From Candidatus Latescibacterota bacterium (GTDB taxonomy: Bacteria > Latescibacterota > UBA2968 > UBA8231): a DNA stretch of 64,000 nucleotides. Positions 1 through 12,402 of this stretch are shown here, one piece after another (the first letter of the stretch is position 1; every line of letters starts with the position of its first letter). Both the position numbers and the translations under genes were made by a program. The notes under the pieces are model-generated. The model was not told the origin of the DNA and ran no database searches. It worked only from the letters and a program-made list of their open reading frames with translations. The stretch lies in contig OZ242214.1 of assembly GCA_965206595.1 (NCBI GenBank), positions 5,408,001 to 5,472,000 of the forward strand, written 5' to 3'.

Positions 1-2606
<2,606 letters not shown>

Positions 2607-2948
2607 GGAACAGATAATCAGGTGTGCCGATCAGGGGAGGCCGGAATATGGTGCGCCGTGCGTCCGGGTCAGGCCCCCCGGGTCCGACGTTTGCGCAATA
2701 TGGCGTCCCGTTCGCCTTGGCGGAACAGGTATGAAAAGTACGTCAGATCCCGAAGCCCGCCACGGCCCGCGGCTGGCGGTGAGATCAGCAGCAGGTCTCG
2801 GATGTTGTAACAGGGCGGGGGTACGGTCCTCGACGCAGCCGGAAGCAGCGGCTCCTGCGGACAGCTGAAATGCCGGGGACGTGAATGGAGCGTGAGGGGA
2901 CAGTGGTTGGTAAAACAGCTGGGGTCCTGTTCCCGGAGTCGCGCGGAT

Positions 2949-3479
2949 TCAGGCCTCCCGGTTCAGCTGCCGGACGATTGCGTCCAAAACCCCGTTGACG
3001 AATGCGTAGGAGCGCTCGGAACCGTAGGCCTTTGCCAGCTCGACAGCCTCGTCGATCGACACTTTTTCCGGAATGTCGTCGAAGTGGATGATCTCGGCCG
3101 CGGCCTGCCTGAGAATGAGGGCGTCCAGTCGCGCAAGTCGCTTAAGGCTCCAGTTGGTCGCCGTGGCGGCGATCAGGCCGTCGAGCTCTCCCCGGTGACT
3201 CAGCGAGGTGCGCACCAGGGCCGCGGCGAAATCGAGATTGCCTCCGGCGATCCCACGCCGGGGTCCGAGATCGGCCAAGGCCCTCTCGGCGTCGCCGGGG
3301 GAGCTGGCTTCCCAGTATTGAACCTGCAGAGCCAGTTGCCGGGCGCCGTTACGGGTGTCGGCCAGCGGCTTGTCGGTCCAGGAGGGCTCTTCGTGCTCCG
3401 GGAAAAGGATGGCCGCCTCGCGGAACTCGCCGCCATCGGGGGTACGGGTGTTCACGGGATTCGTAAACCCGGAAGGCAC
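2949..3479 (-). CDS. nusB: Transcription antitermination factor NusB
   Basis: ARQLALQVQY...NWSLKRLARLDALILR...IPEKVSIDEAVELAKAYG...FVNGVLD; follows ribH as usual. Start uncertain. Confidence 0.93.
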   Translation of the reverse strand: MPSGFTNPVNTRTPDGGEFREAAILFPEHEEPSWTDKPLADTRNGARQLALQVQYWEASSPGDAERALADLGPRRGIAGGNLDFAAALVRTSLSHRGELDGLIAATATNWSLKRLARLDALILRQAAAEIIHFDDIPEKVSIDEAVELAKAYGSERSYAFVNGVLDAIVRQLNREA

Positions 3480-3516
3480 TGGCGGCCGGATTCACGCGGA
3501 AACGGGCGCGCAGGCA

Positions 3517-3984
3517 CTACGACAGCTCTGCCATCAGTGCCGCCATTTCGATGGCGTTCAGCGCCGCATCCCACCCCCGGTTTCCAGCGCGGCCCCCTGC
3601 CCGTGCCACCGCCTGGTCGACGTTGTCGGTAGTCAGGACCCCGAAGGTGACCGGGACGCCGGTATCGAGACCGACGCGGGAGATCCCGCGGGCGGTTTCC
3701 GCGGCTACGAAGTCGAAGTGGGGTGTATCCGAGCGTATGACGGCGCCGAGACAGATCACGACGTCGAACTTTCCGCTGCGCGCCAGTTTTTGCGCGACGA
3801 TGGGCAGCTCGAACGAGCCCGGGACCCAGAAGACCTCGATTTCCCCCTCGTCGCAGCCGTAGCGCTTCAACCCGCCGAGCGCGCCGTCGAGCAAGCGGCT
3901 GGTGATGGAGAGGTTGAAGCGGCTGACGACAACGGCGAAGGTGCGCCCCATGGCGTCGAGCCGTGGTTCATCCACCGCCGGCAT
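3517..3984 (-). CDS. ribH: 6,7-dimethyl-8-ribityllumazine synthase
   Basis: [32 protein letters not shown] and FGVLTTD motifs. Confidence 0.97.
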   Translation of the reverse strand: MPAVDEPRLDAMGRTFAVVVSRFNLSITSRLLDGALGGLKRYGCDEGEIEVFWVPGSFELPIVAQKLARSGKFDVVICLGAVIRSDTPHFDFVAAETARGISRVGLDTGVPVTFGVLTTDNVDQAVARAGGRAGNRGWDAALNAIEMAALMAELS

Positions 3985-5251
3985 TTCCGGTCTCCTCTTG
4001 GGAGTCGCTGCCCTCCATCGGTTTCCGCAGGATGGTGATGTGGCCCAGTTTGTCGCGCTTGGTCTGCAGGTAGTGGATGTTGTGCGGGTTGGGCGACACG
4101 GAGATCGGCACCTGCTCTACGACGGTCAATCCGTAGCCCTCGAGACCGACCCGCTTGCGCGGGTTGTTGGTCAGGAAGCGGACGCGACGAAGGCCGAGGT
4201 CGAACAGAACCTGCGCGCCGACCCCGTAATCGCGCGCGTCGGCAGGGAGTCCAAGGGCGTGGTTGGCCTCGATGGTATCCAGCCCCTCCGCCTGCTGCAG
4301 CTCGTAGGCTTTCAGCTTGTGAATGAGACCGATACCGCGGCCCTCGTGGCTCTGGATGTAGACGATGACGCCCCGCCCCTCGGCGGCGATCATCTCGAAG
4401 GATCGCTCCAGCTGTTCGCCGCAGTCGCACAGGTAAGAGCCGAGGGCGTCTCCAGTCACACAGCAGGAGTGCATGCGCACCAGCGTATCCTCTTCGTCGA
4501 GCTCTCCCATCGCCAGCGCCAGGTAGGGCGAGCCGTCGACGAGGCTGCGGTAGGCGTAGGCCGTGAATTCTCCGTGCCGGGTCGGCAACCGGGCGCGCGC
4601 TTCGAGGGCGATCAGCTTCTCGGTGCGTCTGCGGTAGGCGATCAGGTCGCGGATCGTGGCGATCTTGAAGCCGTGGCGCTCCGCGAAGGAAAGCAGGTAG
4701 GGGGTGGGCGCCAGCTCTCCGTCGTCGTCGAGAATGGCAGCTATCAGGGCGACGGGCTGGCAATCGGCCATGGTCGCCAGGTCGACGGAAGCCTCGGTGT
4801 GTCCGGCCCGCCGCAAAATCCCCCCCGGTTGAGCCCGCAGCGGCGTGACGTGGCCTGGTTGCACGAAGTCGCCTGGTTGGGACCGCGGATCGGAAAGCCT
4901 GGCGACAGTCTTTGCGCGGTCTTGTGCGGAGACTCCGGTGCCCTGGACGTCCGCGGCGTTAACCGGGGTCATGATCGCCGCGCCGCGAGGCCCGGGGCCT
5001 CCGGTGTGGAACGTGTCGATCCCCAGCACCTCGAGGCGCTCCTGTCCCGCGGTGACGTACAGGGGACCGCCGCTGTGCCGGGCCATGAAGTTGATGGCTT
5101 CCGCGTCGGCGAGCTCGGCGACCATCACCAGCTCCCCCTCGCCCACCAGCTCGGCCCCGTCGATATCGGTGGCGCGCTCGTCGACAAGGACGATCATTCG
5201 CCCCGCCTGGAGCTCCTCCACTACTTCTTCGATGGTGTTGAAATCGGACAC
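3968..5251 (-). CDS. ribBA: Bifunctional DHBP synthase / GTP cyclohydrolase II (RibB domain appears degenerate)
   Basis: N-terminal RibB fold ([18 protein letters not shown]) plus C-terminal GCH II (HSCCVTGD...[21 protein letters not shown]). Confidence 0.93.
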   Translation of the reverse strand: MSDFNTIEEVVEELQAGRMIVLVDERATDIDGAELVGEGELVMVAELADAEAINFMARHSGGPLYVTAGQERLEVLGIDTFHTGGPGPRGAAIMTPVNAADVQGTGVSAQDRAKTVARLSDPRSQPGDFVQPGHVTPLRAQPGGILRRAGHTEASVDLATMADCQPVALIAAILDDDGELAPTPYLLSFAERHGFKIATIRDLIAYRRRTEKLIALEARARLPTRHGEFTAYAYRSLVDGSPYLALAMGELDEEDTLVRMHSCCVTGDALGSYLCDCGEQLERSFEMIAAEGRGVIVYIQSHEGRGIGLIHKLKAYELQQAEGLDTIEANHALGLPADARDYGVGAQVLFDLGLRRVRFLTNNPRKRVGLEGYGLTVVEQVPISVSPNPHNIHYLQTKRDKLGHITILRKPMEGSDSQEETGNAGGG

Positions 5252-5330
5252 GACGCTGTCAGGGGGATTGCAGGTGCCGCTGGGAAGGACAGGTCAAAGG
5301 ATCGGCATCGAACCTCTCGGGCCGGCCATC

Positions 5331-5918
5331 TTAGGACTTCAGAAGGCGCGCCACGTAACGCGCCAAGACGTCGATTTCCAGGTTGACGGCATCTCCGGCT
5401 CGCCGCCTCGAAAGGTTCGTATGCCGAAAGGTATGGGGTATGATAGCGGCAGTAAAGGTGGTTCCGGAGACCTCGACGACCGTCAGGCTGATGCCGTCGA
5501 CGGCGATCGATCCCTTGCCGGCGACGAAGCGGCGAAGTCCGGTGGGCATCTCGACTTCGAGGATTCGGTTCTCGCCGTCGCGCTCGAAACGGTGCAGCGA
5601 TCCGACGCCGTCCACATGTCCCAGGACCACGTGACCCCCGAGCCGGCCGTCGGCCCTCATCGAGCGCTCGAGATTGACGGCATCCCCCGGATCCAGGGAG
5701 CCGAGGTTGGTGCGCCGCAGGGTCTCCTCAACGGATTCGACCCGGAAGCTGTCCTCCGCGCGCGCGACGACCGTCTGGCATGCCCCGTTTATGCTGATGC
5801 TGTCGCCGACCGCGATGCCATCGAGAGGGAGTTTCGAGGCGATTTCCAGGCGTTGGAAGGCCGTTTGGCGTTCCACGCTCCGAACCGTGCCGACTTCTTC
5901 GATCAGCCCTGTGAACAT
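5331..5918 (-). CDS. ribE: Riboflavin synthase alpha chain
   Basis: Starts MFTGLIEEVG at ATG 5918, inside the longer tracked ORF; GDSISINGACQTV, VNLERS, GGHVVLGHVD and KGSIAVDGISLTV. Confidence 0.96.
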   Translation of the reverse strand: MFTGLIEEVGTVRSVERQTAFQRLEIASKLPLDGIAVGDSISINGACQTVVARAEDSFRVESVEETLRRTNLGSLDPGDAVNLERSMRADGRLGGHVVLGHVDGVGSLHRFERDGENRILEVEMPTGLRRFVAGKGSIAVDGISLTVVEVSGTTFTAAIIPHTFRHTNLSRRRAGDAVNLEIDVLARYVARLLKS

Positions 5919-6997
5919 GGATAGAGCACTTTTCCCGAGATGAGCGCATCGTCGCCGAGCCGTTTCATTACCATTCGTTCGAGGGTGATTCCCTTGTCGA
6001 CCAGTTCGATCCCCAGGTCCCCCACGCCGCTGATCCCGGCGCCCAGCAGGCGCGGCGCCACGTAGAGCATCAACTCGTCGACGATCCGGTCGGCGAGCGC
6101 GGCGGTGGCCAGATCCCGGCCCCCTTCGATCAGCAGGCTGATCATGCCGCGCTTCCCGGCGGCTCGGACCAGACGGCGGAGGTCGACGCGGCCCGATTCG
6201 GCGGGGAAAGTCCAGATCTCCGCACCTGCGGCCTCGAACTCGCGCCGGCGCTCCTCCGGGATGGAGTCCGCGGTGATCAGCACTGCGGTCCCCCGCCTGA
6301 AGAGGGCCGCCCGCGGCGAGACCCGGAGTCTTCCGTCGACTACCATCGGCCGGGGGTCGAGGCCGGGCACGTGGCGAACCGTAAGCTCGGGATCGTCGGA
6401 AAGAACAGTCCCGGCCCCCACGACGACGCCGTCGACCCAGGAACGCCAGCGATGGGCGTGGCGGCGGGCCTGCTTGCCGGTGATCCAGCGTGAGGCGCCG
6501 GTTCTCGTGGCAATGCGCCCGTCGAGGCTCTGCGCCAACTTGAGGACGACCCACGGCTTTCCGGTCCGGCGGTGGGTCAGGAAAGCGGCGTTGTCCCGTT
6601 CCGCATCGGCGGCCAGGAGTCCTGACTGGACGTCGATTCCCCCATCGCGAAGGCGCGCGAACCCGCGTCCGCTCACCCGTTCGTCGGGATCTTCCAGGGC
6701 GCAGACGACGCGGCTGATCCCCGAAGCAACTACGGCCTCGGCACAAGGGGGGGTGGTTCCGTGATGGGCGCACGGCTCCAGGGTGACGTAGAGGGTGGCG
6801 TCCCGGCAGCGTTCTCCGGCCGCGGCCAGCGCCTCCGCCTCGGCGTGGGGTCCGCCCCGGTGGCGGTACGCCCCTTCCCCGATCACCTCACCGTCCCGCA
6901 CGACCACCGCCCCGACCAGGGCTCCCGGACTGACCCGCCCCCGCCCTCGCCTCGCCAGGGAAAGGGCGCGGCGCATGTGGAGCTGGTCCTCTTTCAC
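5903..6997 (-). CDS. ribD: Diaminohydroxyphosphoribosylaminopyrimidine deaminase / reductase
   Basis: HAE and TLEPCAHHGTTPPC zinc motifs; KLAQSLDGRIA and LIEGG reductase motifs. Confidence 0.96.
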   Translation of the reverse strand: MKEDQLHMRRALSLARRGRGRVSPGALVGAVVVRDGEVIGEGAYRHRGGPHAEAEALAAAGERCRDATLYVTLEPCAHHGTTPPCAEAVVASGISRVVCALEDPDERVSGRGFARLRDGGIDVQSGLLAADAERDNAAFLTHRRTGKPWVVLKLAQSLDGRIATRTGASRWITGKQARRHAHRWRSWVDGVVVGAGTVLSDDPELTVRHVPGLDPRPMVVDGRLRVSPRAALFRRGTAVLITADSIPEERRREFEAAGAEIWTFPAESGRVDLRRLVRAAGKRGMISLLIEGGRDLATAALADRIVDELMLYVAPRLLGAGISGVGDLGIELVDKGITLERMVMKRLGDDALISGKVLYPCSQG

Positions 6998-9096
6998 TCG
7001 ACCTTCACGATCACCTGCCGGGATCCGATGTTGTCGAGCCGGTCCCAGGCCTGCACCGCGATCACGTGCTCGCCGGGTGTCAGGTTTTCCAGGGTGAAGC
7101 GGGCGTTCTCGCGGGGAGAGTCGAACATGCCGTCGGCCGGCTCTATCTGGTACACCGTTTCACCGTAATCAATGGAATACTGGGCGCGCCGGACTTCGCT
7201 GACGCGGTCGGTGATTTCCACCTCGACCTCCGGGGTGCGCTTACCCACGGCCCTCAGCTCGACCACCGGAGGGCTGTTGTCCAGAAGGAATGGGTCGCTG
7301 GTGCGCTCGTGCTGCAGGGCGCTTCCGGCCGGGTTGTCGGGGTGGTCGGAGACGACAAGCTTCAACTGCGTGCGTCCCTCGGGCATGTGCTCCGTGTCCC
7401 AGAGGAGGGAGTTCTGGACCGTGTTCTCCTTGACCAGCTTCCACTCCGACTGCCCGTCTCCGCGCAGGAAGATGTCATAGGCAAGCTTGTCCCCGTTGGG
7501 ATCGCGGGCCTGCCAGCGGACCATGCGCAGACTCTTGCGCTGCGCCGGCCGCCGCGGCTCCCTGCCCTGGCTCCCGGCCCTGGTCGCGTTCTGGTCGGAG
7601 GAGCCGTTGCCGCCGGACTGGCGCGGCCGGAACGGGAACGTCAGCAGCTCGACGATTCGCGGCGCCAGGTTGGTCTGCTGGGCGCTGAAGGCGACGCGCC
7701 GGATTTCCGGACTGGCGCCGCGGCCGGCGTGGAGGATGAGGCGGTACTGCAGGTAGCGCGCCGGCGGGCTGGTAATGGCGGTCCCCGTGCCTAGCTCCGG
7801 CGACCACTCGCTCCAGGTCGGGTCGGGATCGGCGCTGTTTCCCGAACGGGTCTGCACAGAAAGCCCGGTACCCGGCGGTGTTTCGGCGTCCCACTCGATG
7901 CGGCCCCACCGGGAGTTGAGCTCGAGGTCCTCCACCTGCGAGAGGAACTCCCCCTCATCGGCGAAATGCGGCGACAGCCTCCAGATGTCGCCCGACTGCG
8001 CCGCGCCGACGAACACGCCTCGCTCGCTTGCCAGGAGCCGGTTCGGGGACAGCGAATCGAGACGCGCCACAACCTCGAACTCACCTCGATCCGGGAACAG
8101 CCGCACCAGCTGACCGTCGCCACCGGCCGCGGCGAGGAAGCTGCCTGCCGCTTCCGGCTGCAAATCGAAAATCGGGGCGCTGGTCTGCCAGAGGGTCGTC
8201 AGGGCGCCGGTTGCGTGAACGAGCAGAACCGCCGACCGGGTCTTCTCCGCATCGGGTCCCGGGCTCTCGGAAAGGGCGCTGATCAGCAGCCGGCCCTCCT
8301 CGGCGGCGGCGATGCGGTTGACCTCGTCGAATGCGGTCTCGCAAACCAGGCGATGTTGGCTTGGTTCGGGCCCCAGCTCGTAGAGCCTGCCGGCATGGAC
8401 GTCGCCGCCGGCGTTCGTTTCCCCCCCGTTTTTTTCCGCGTCCTGGCGGGGTCCGGCGGTGGCGGCAAACAGGCGGTCTCCTCGGTGCAGTAACGCCATC
8501 ACATGCCGTTCGGAGCTGCTCCACAGGCTGTCGAGCCGGCCGTTGGCCGCGACCCGGACCACTCCGCCGGGCTCTCCGACCGCGGCAAGAACCCGCCCCT
8601 TTTCATCCAGGGCGAGATCCCACACGTAGCGGCTTCCGGTCTCGGCGGTAAGGACAGGGGCGCCGTCTTCGTCGAGCCGGTAGACGAGACCGCCGGGGGA
8701 GGTGCCGATTAACAGGTTTCCGCGGCGGTCGAAGAGGACGGCGTGAACGGCGACCTCCGGGGAGTCGTAAACCAGCTCGGCTTCCCCGGAGTCGCGGACG
8801 CGCACCACTTGGCCCCCGTCGCCGGTTCCGGCGTAGAGAAAGCCGTCGGGGCCGGCGGCCAGGGCCCATATCCGCTCGGCATCGAGGCCGGCCAATCGAA
8901 CCAGGGCCGGCGCGGCGCGCAGCACGCCCTCCGAGTCGATGCCGACTCCCCGTGCCCTGCCCGCGACAAAGTCCTCGAAGCTGCTGTGCGCCAGGTGCCG
9001 GGGGAGCACGGCGCCGGCGGTCGGGGGCAACAGCAGAGCCGCGGCAAGAGCGCAGATCAAAAAGCGGCGACGGGCAAGGGCGGGAGATCGTGTCAC
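6994..9096 (-). CDS. Secreted beta-propeller protein with C-terminal beta-sandwich/Ig-like domains, function unknown
   Basis: Signal peptide; repeated blades (IWALAAGPDGFLYAGTG, VWDLALDEKGRVLAAVG); QTRSGNS..PD..WSEWS and WQARDPNGD motifs. The stop overlaps the ribD start (GTGA). Confidence 0.75.
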   Translation of the reverse strand: MTRSPALARRRFLICALAAALLLPPTAGAVLPRHLAHSSFEDFVAGRARGVGIDSEGVLRAAPALVRLAGLDAERIWALAAGPDGFLYAGTGDGGQVVRVRDSGEAELVYDSPEVAVHAVLFDRRGNLLIGTSPGGLVYRLDEDGAPVLTAETGSRYVWDLALDEKGRVLAAVGEPGGVVRVAANGRLDSLWSSSERHVMALLHRGDRLFAATAGPRQDAEKNGGETNAGGDVHAGRLYELGPEPSQHRLVCETAFDEVNRIAAAEEGRLLISALSESPGPDAEKTRSAVLLVHATGALTTLWQTSAPIFDLQPEAAGSFLAAAGGDGQLVRLFPDRGEFEVVARLDSLSPNRLLASERGVFVGAAQSGDIWRLSPHFADEGEFLSQVEDLELNSRWGRIEWDAETPPGTGLSVQTRSGNSADPDPTWSEWSPELGTGTAITSPPARYLQYRLILHAGRGASPEIRRVAFSAQQTNLAPRIVELLTFPFRPRQSGGNGSSDQNATRAGSQGREPRRPAQRKSLRMVRWQARDPNGDKLAYDIFLRGDGQSEWKLVKENTVQNSLLWDTEHMPEGRTQLKLVVSDHPDNPAGSALQHERTSDPFLLDNSPPVVELRAVGKRTPEVEVEITDRVSEVRRAQYSIDYGETVYQIEPADGMFDSPRENARFTLENLTPGEHVIAVQAWDRLDNIGSRQVIVKVE

Positions 9097-9196
9097 TGAT
9101 ACCTCTCAAGGTTGGAGCGTCGCTTCTTTCCGCCGATCCATCCTGTTCCGGGCGGCGGCTGACATCTTTCCGGATTTGGTTTCATAAATACCGTTC

Positions 9197-10975
9197 TCAT
9201 TCGGCTGCGCGGCGTCCGATCTCCAGCGGCAGACTCCGTTCCCCGACAAGCGCGTACCGGGTGCGAATCTGGCTCCGCGCCACGACCCGCCCGCTGACCG
9301 CAGCCACGCGGCCACTCCCGGTGTCTGCAGACAACACGGCGTGAACCGACGGCGGTAGTCCCGGCAGCTCGCGGCCATCGACGCTCATCGCCGCCTCGGG
9401 GCGAAACAGCTCGACCACCAGATCGTCGTGGCGGGCGCTGCGGTTGAGCAACCGGACAAGCTGCTCGTTGTTGCGCGGTCGGAACCCGTCGGGCCGCCGT
9501 GCCATCTCCCAGGCCCGGGCACTGCGGCCGCTGCCGATCCGCACCTCGACAGGGCCGGAAACAGCGGTCCGCGGGACGCGTACTTCCAACACCCGTTCTT
9601 CTTCTGGTTGCCTGTGAGGGCGCAGCATCACGCGCACCGAAACCACGTCCCCCGGCGAGGCGGCGGACGCCGAAAGGAAGCGCGCTTCGACGATTTCGGC
9701 GCGCCGGGATTCCTCTGCGACCTCGACGGTGAGATCGAGCGAATCGACGCCGATGCGCTCGAAGGGGCCGCCTAGCGCCAGGCGCAACGGTTCGGCCAAC
9801 TCGCGGGCGGCGTCGAACACCGCGGCGCGGCCGGAGTACAGATCGGCGCGCTCGACGCGGGCACCGTTTTCGAGATACAGGGTCGCCCCTGAGATCAGGC
9901 TGGATTCCCCGGTCAGACTGGCAGCGGGTTCGAGAGCCGAGAGGATGACGACGCGTGCGAGAAAGGGGGTGAGCAGGTCGTGCCGCAGCAGCTCGAACGA
10001 AAAGCGCTCGCCCCCGGTTGTGCCGGATAGTTCGAGTGCCAGGGGCAACACCGCCGCCCGGGCGCCGGCAACGCCGGCAATGCCCGACCAGCGATCCTGG
10101 CGCACCGCCCCGATTGGGGCGCCGGCGGCACCCAGCTTGAACGAGGCGAACCGGCTCGCCATCACGCCGTGGATGCGGGCGCCGGAGAGCGGCAGGTCGA
10201 CGGCCCCAAGCTCGAGGAGGGGGTGTCCGAGACCGACGAGGCGGTCGCCGTCGCGGTGGGTGAGGGTGCCGATGGCGACGGCGCTGAAATCGCCGGTAAC
10301 GAACGGAACGCCCAACGCCGCCCCCGGTTGCAGAGGGCCGGCATCAACGGCCCCGGACTGTCCCCCCGCGGCCTGCCCGGAGGCGGTTGTGAAGCCGAAA
10401 TCAGCCATGAATTCGTCGAGCATCCGCGCCGCAGAAGGCGAGAAGCCGCTCAGCGAGAGGGGAGTCGCCAGCGGCTCGAAGCCCTCCTGCCGTGCCTGCC
10501 GGTCGTCGGGCCCAGTCCCTTTCTCGACAGTATCCGGCTCCCCATTCCCCTTCCCGGTCTCGAGGCTGCGCCCCATCACCGCCAGCATGTCGGCGATAGG
10601 GGTGATGCCACAAATCGGCTCCTTTGAAAACGCCCAGCCGAACGACACCGCTCCCAGCAGCCGGCCGTCGATGTACACGGGGCTGCCGCTCATGCCGCGA
10701 ATAACCCCGGTCTCCTCGAGTCCCGCCCCAGACAAGCGCGCGAGGATGAGGTTTTTCCCGGGACGGAGGCGGTTGCGCTCAAGACCGATGATCTCCACCC
10801 CGAAGGTGTCGATGGCGGTTCCGTGAAAGACGGATTTGCCGATCCCGGAGAGACCGGGGCGCACCTCATCCTGGGGATAAAACTCGACAGGCGAAGCGGC
10901 GCCCGCGCCCGCAAGGAACCAGAGGACAAGCGTTGCCGCCCGTCGGGTGGATAGCTGTAACTCTTTGTGCGGCAA
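9197..10975 (-). CDS. SpoIVB / peptidase S55 domain protein, secreted
   Basis: Signal peptide; GVIRGMSGSPVYIDGRLLGAVSFG catalytic-Ser motif; GTLTHRDGDRLVGLGHP. Confidence 0.85.
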   Translation of the reverse strand: MPHKELQLSTRRAATLVLWFLAGAGAASPVEFYPQDEVRPGLSGIGKSVFHGTAIDTFGVEIIGLERNRLRPGKNLILARLSGAGLEETGVIRGMSGSPVYIDGRLLGAVSFGWAFSKEPICGITPIADMLAVMGRSLETGKGNGEPDTVEKGTGPDDRQARQEGFEPLATPLSLSGFSPSAARMLDEFMADFGFTTASGQAAGGQSGAVDAGPLQPGAALGVPFVTGDFSAVAIGTLTHRDGDRLVGLGHPLLELGAVDLPLSGARIHGVMASRFASFKLGAAGAPIGAVRQDRWSGIAGVAGARAAVLPLALELSGTTGGERFSFELLRHDLLTPFLARVVILSALEPAASLTGESSLISGATLYLENGARVERADLYSGRAAVFDAARELAEPLRLALGGPFERIGVDSLDLTVEVAEESRRAEIVEARFLSASAASPGDVVSVRVMLRPHRQPEEERVLEVRVPRTAVSGPVEVRIGSGRSARAWEMARRPDGFRPRNNEQLVRLLNRSARHDDLVVELFRPEAAMSVDGRELPGLPPSVHAVLSADTGSGRVAAVSGRVVARSQIRTRYALVGERSLPLEIGRRAAE

Positions 10976-11006
10976 CTCAGTACAGTTTCATTTAGGGAAA
11001 GTGAAA

Positions 11007-11035
11007 AATCTAGCCGCCGGTCCGAAAACCGTCAA
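11007..11035 (-). promoter_or_regulatory. Sigma70-type promoter for the S55-propeller-rib operon
   Basis: Minus strand TTGACG-17 bp-TAGATT, about 30 bp upstream of the S55 start. Confidence 0.6.
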
Positions 11036-11102
11036 GCTCCGCGAATGGGGATGTACCATCGCCATGGAAGCCGACCGACTTCCCCGAGAGGCACCGGGAT
11101 AC

Positions 11103-11132
11103 TTGACGCGAAGAATCAGGAGGTGGTACGCT
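11103..11132 (+). promoter_or_regulatory. Sigma70-type promoter for ftsY
   Basis: TTGACG-18 bp-TACGCT with an extended -10 TG. Confidence 0.5.
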
Positions 11133-11224
11133 TGCGGCTCACCCCGGGTTTGTGACTTCTCCACGGGCGCTCTCCCATTCCAACGGATCGCCCTGCAGGC
11201 ATTCTCCAAGCCTGAAGGCCGCAT

Positions 11225-12145
11225 TTGCCGAGTCTGCGCGACCGCTTTCGCAGCGGTCTTTCCAAAACGCGATCCCTGCTCCTCGACGGCATCACTGCCG
11301 CGATTTCGAGGGGGCCGGTCGACGAAGAATCTCTCGAGGAGATCGAGGCGATCCTGATCCAGGCGGACGTCGGGGTGGAGACAGCGACGGATATCGTCGA
11401 CACCCTGCGCGCCCGGCTGCGCTCGCAAGGGGGGGCTGGAGAGCTGTTTTCCGAGTTGCGGCAACAGCTCACGGCGATCGCGGCCGGCTCCGGTGCGGGG
11501 ACCTGCTCCCCGGCAGTCAGGCCTCACGTCATCCTCGTCGCCGGGGTCAACGGCGCCGGCAAGACGACGACCATCGGCAAGCTGGCGGCGCGCCACAGGG
11601 CCGAAGGCCGTTCGGTGCTGCTGGCGGCCTGCGACACCTTCCGCGCGGCCGCGGTGCCGCAGTTGGAGATTTGGGCCGAGCGCTCCGGGGCGGAAATCGT
11701 GCGCTCGCAGCAGGGGGCCGATCCCGCGGCCGTAGCTTTCGACGCCGCGGCTGCGGCCGCGGCGCGGGCGATCGACGTGCTGATCGTCGACACCGCCGGC
11801 CGCTTGCACACCAAGGTCAACCTGATGGAAGAGCTGAAGAAAGTGAAGCGCTCCCTCGGCAGGCAGCTGTCCGGCGCTCCCCACGAAACCCTGCTGGTGC
11901 TGGACGCCACCACCGGGCAGAACGCCCTCACCCAGGCGCGCGAGTTTCACGGCGCCGTCGGGGTCGACGGGATCGTGATCACCAAGCTCGACGGGACGGC
12001 CAAGGGGGGAATCGTTTTTGCCCTGAGGCGCGAGCTCGGCCTGCCGATTCGGATGATCGGTGTGGGTGAGCAGCTTGAGGATTTGCATCCGTTCGACGGC
12101 GAGGCCTTCGTGGAAGCGCTCCTTCCCGATTCCGCAGCGGGGTAG
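11225..12145 (+). CDS. ftsY: Signal recognition particle receptor FtsY (NG domain only)
   Basis: GVNGAGKTTT, DTFRAAA, DTAGR, DATTGQNA, TKLDGTAKGG and GVGE. Confidence 0.97.
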   Translation: MPSLRDRFRSGLSKTRSLLLDGITAAISRGPVDEESLEEIEAILIQADVGVETATDIVDTLRARLRSQGGAGELFSELRQQLTAIAAGSGAGTCSPAVRPHVILVAGVNGAGKTTTIGKLAARHRAEGRSVLLAACDTFRAAAVPQLEIWAERSGAEIVRSQQGADPAAVAFDAAAAAAARAIDVLIVDTAGRLHTKVNLMEELKKVKRSLGRQLSGAPHETLLVLDATTGQNALTQAREFHGAVGVDGIVITKLDGTAKGGIVFALRRELGLPIRMIGVGEQLEDLHPFDGEAFVEALLPDSAAG

Positions 12146-12146
12146 T

Positions 12147-12396
12147 TTCCTGCGCGCAACTCGGCGCGTGAACCCGGCCCCGGTTGGATTGGATGGCAGT
12201 TCATCCACCAGGCCGTGCGTGTGGGTATCCTCCCAAAGTCTGGAGTCTTGCGGCGTTTTCCAGGTCGACGCGCACCCCTGTTGATTGACTCGATCGGGGC
12301 CCGGTGAACCGGGCTCCTGGGGGAAGGATTGGGGTGGCCAATCTCCGCGACAGGAGCCCGGCAAGCCGGCGACTCGGAGCTCCCTGCACGCAGGAA
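12147..12396. ncRNA. Candidate structured non-coding RNA or MITE-like element, family unassigned
   Basis: Closing stem 12147-12158/12385-12396 encloses several nested helices and nearly fills the ftsY/queG gap. See findings. Confidence 0.4.
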
Positions 12397-12402
12397 CAGG
12401 CA

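Noticed and set aside
2607-2948. 340-bp nusB-secA spacer as SRP RNA or a SecM-like leader
   Set aside because: GGAAGCAGC occurs without the CAGG-GNRA helix-8 context, and I found no ATG-started leader ORF on the minus strand.
8421-8436. C7/T7 homopolymers as phase-variation sites
   Set aside because: Short tracts in an in-frame linker; no evidence of slippage.
10976-11060. FMN riboswitch upstream of the rib genes
   Set aside because: No RFN consensus here or upstream of ribD.
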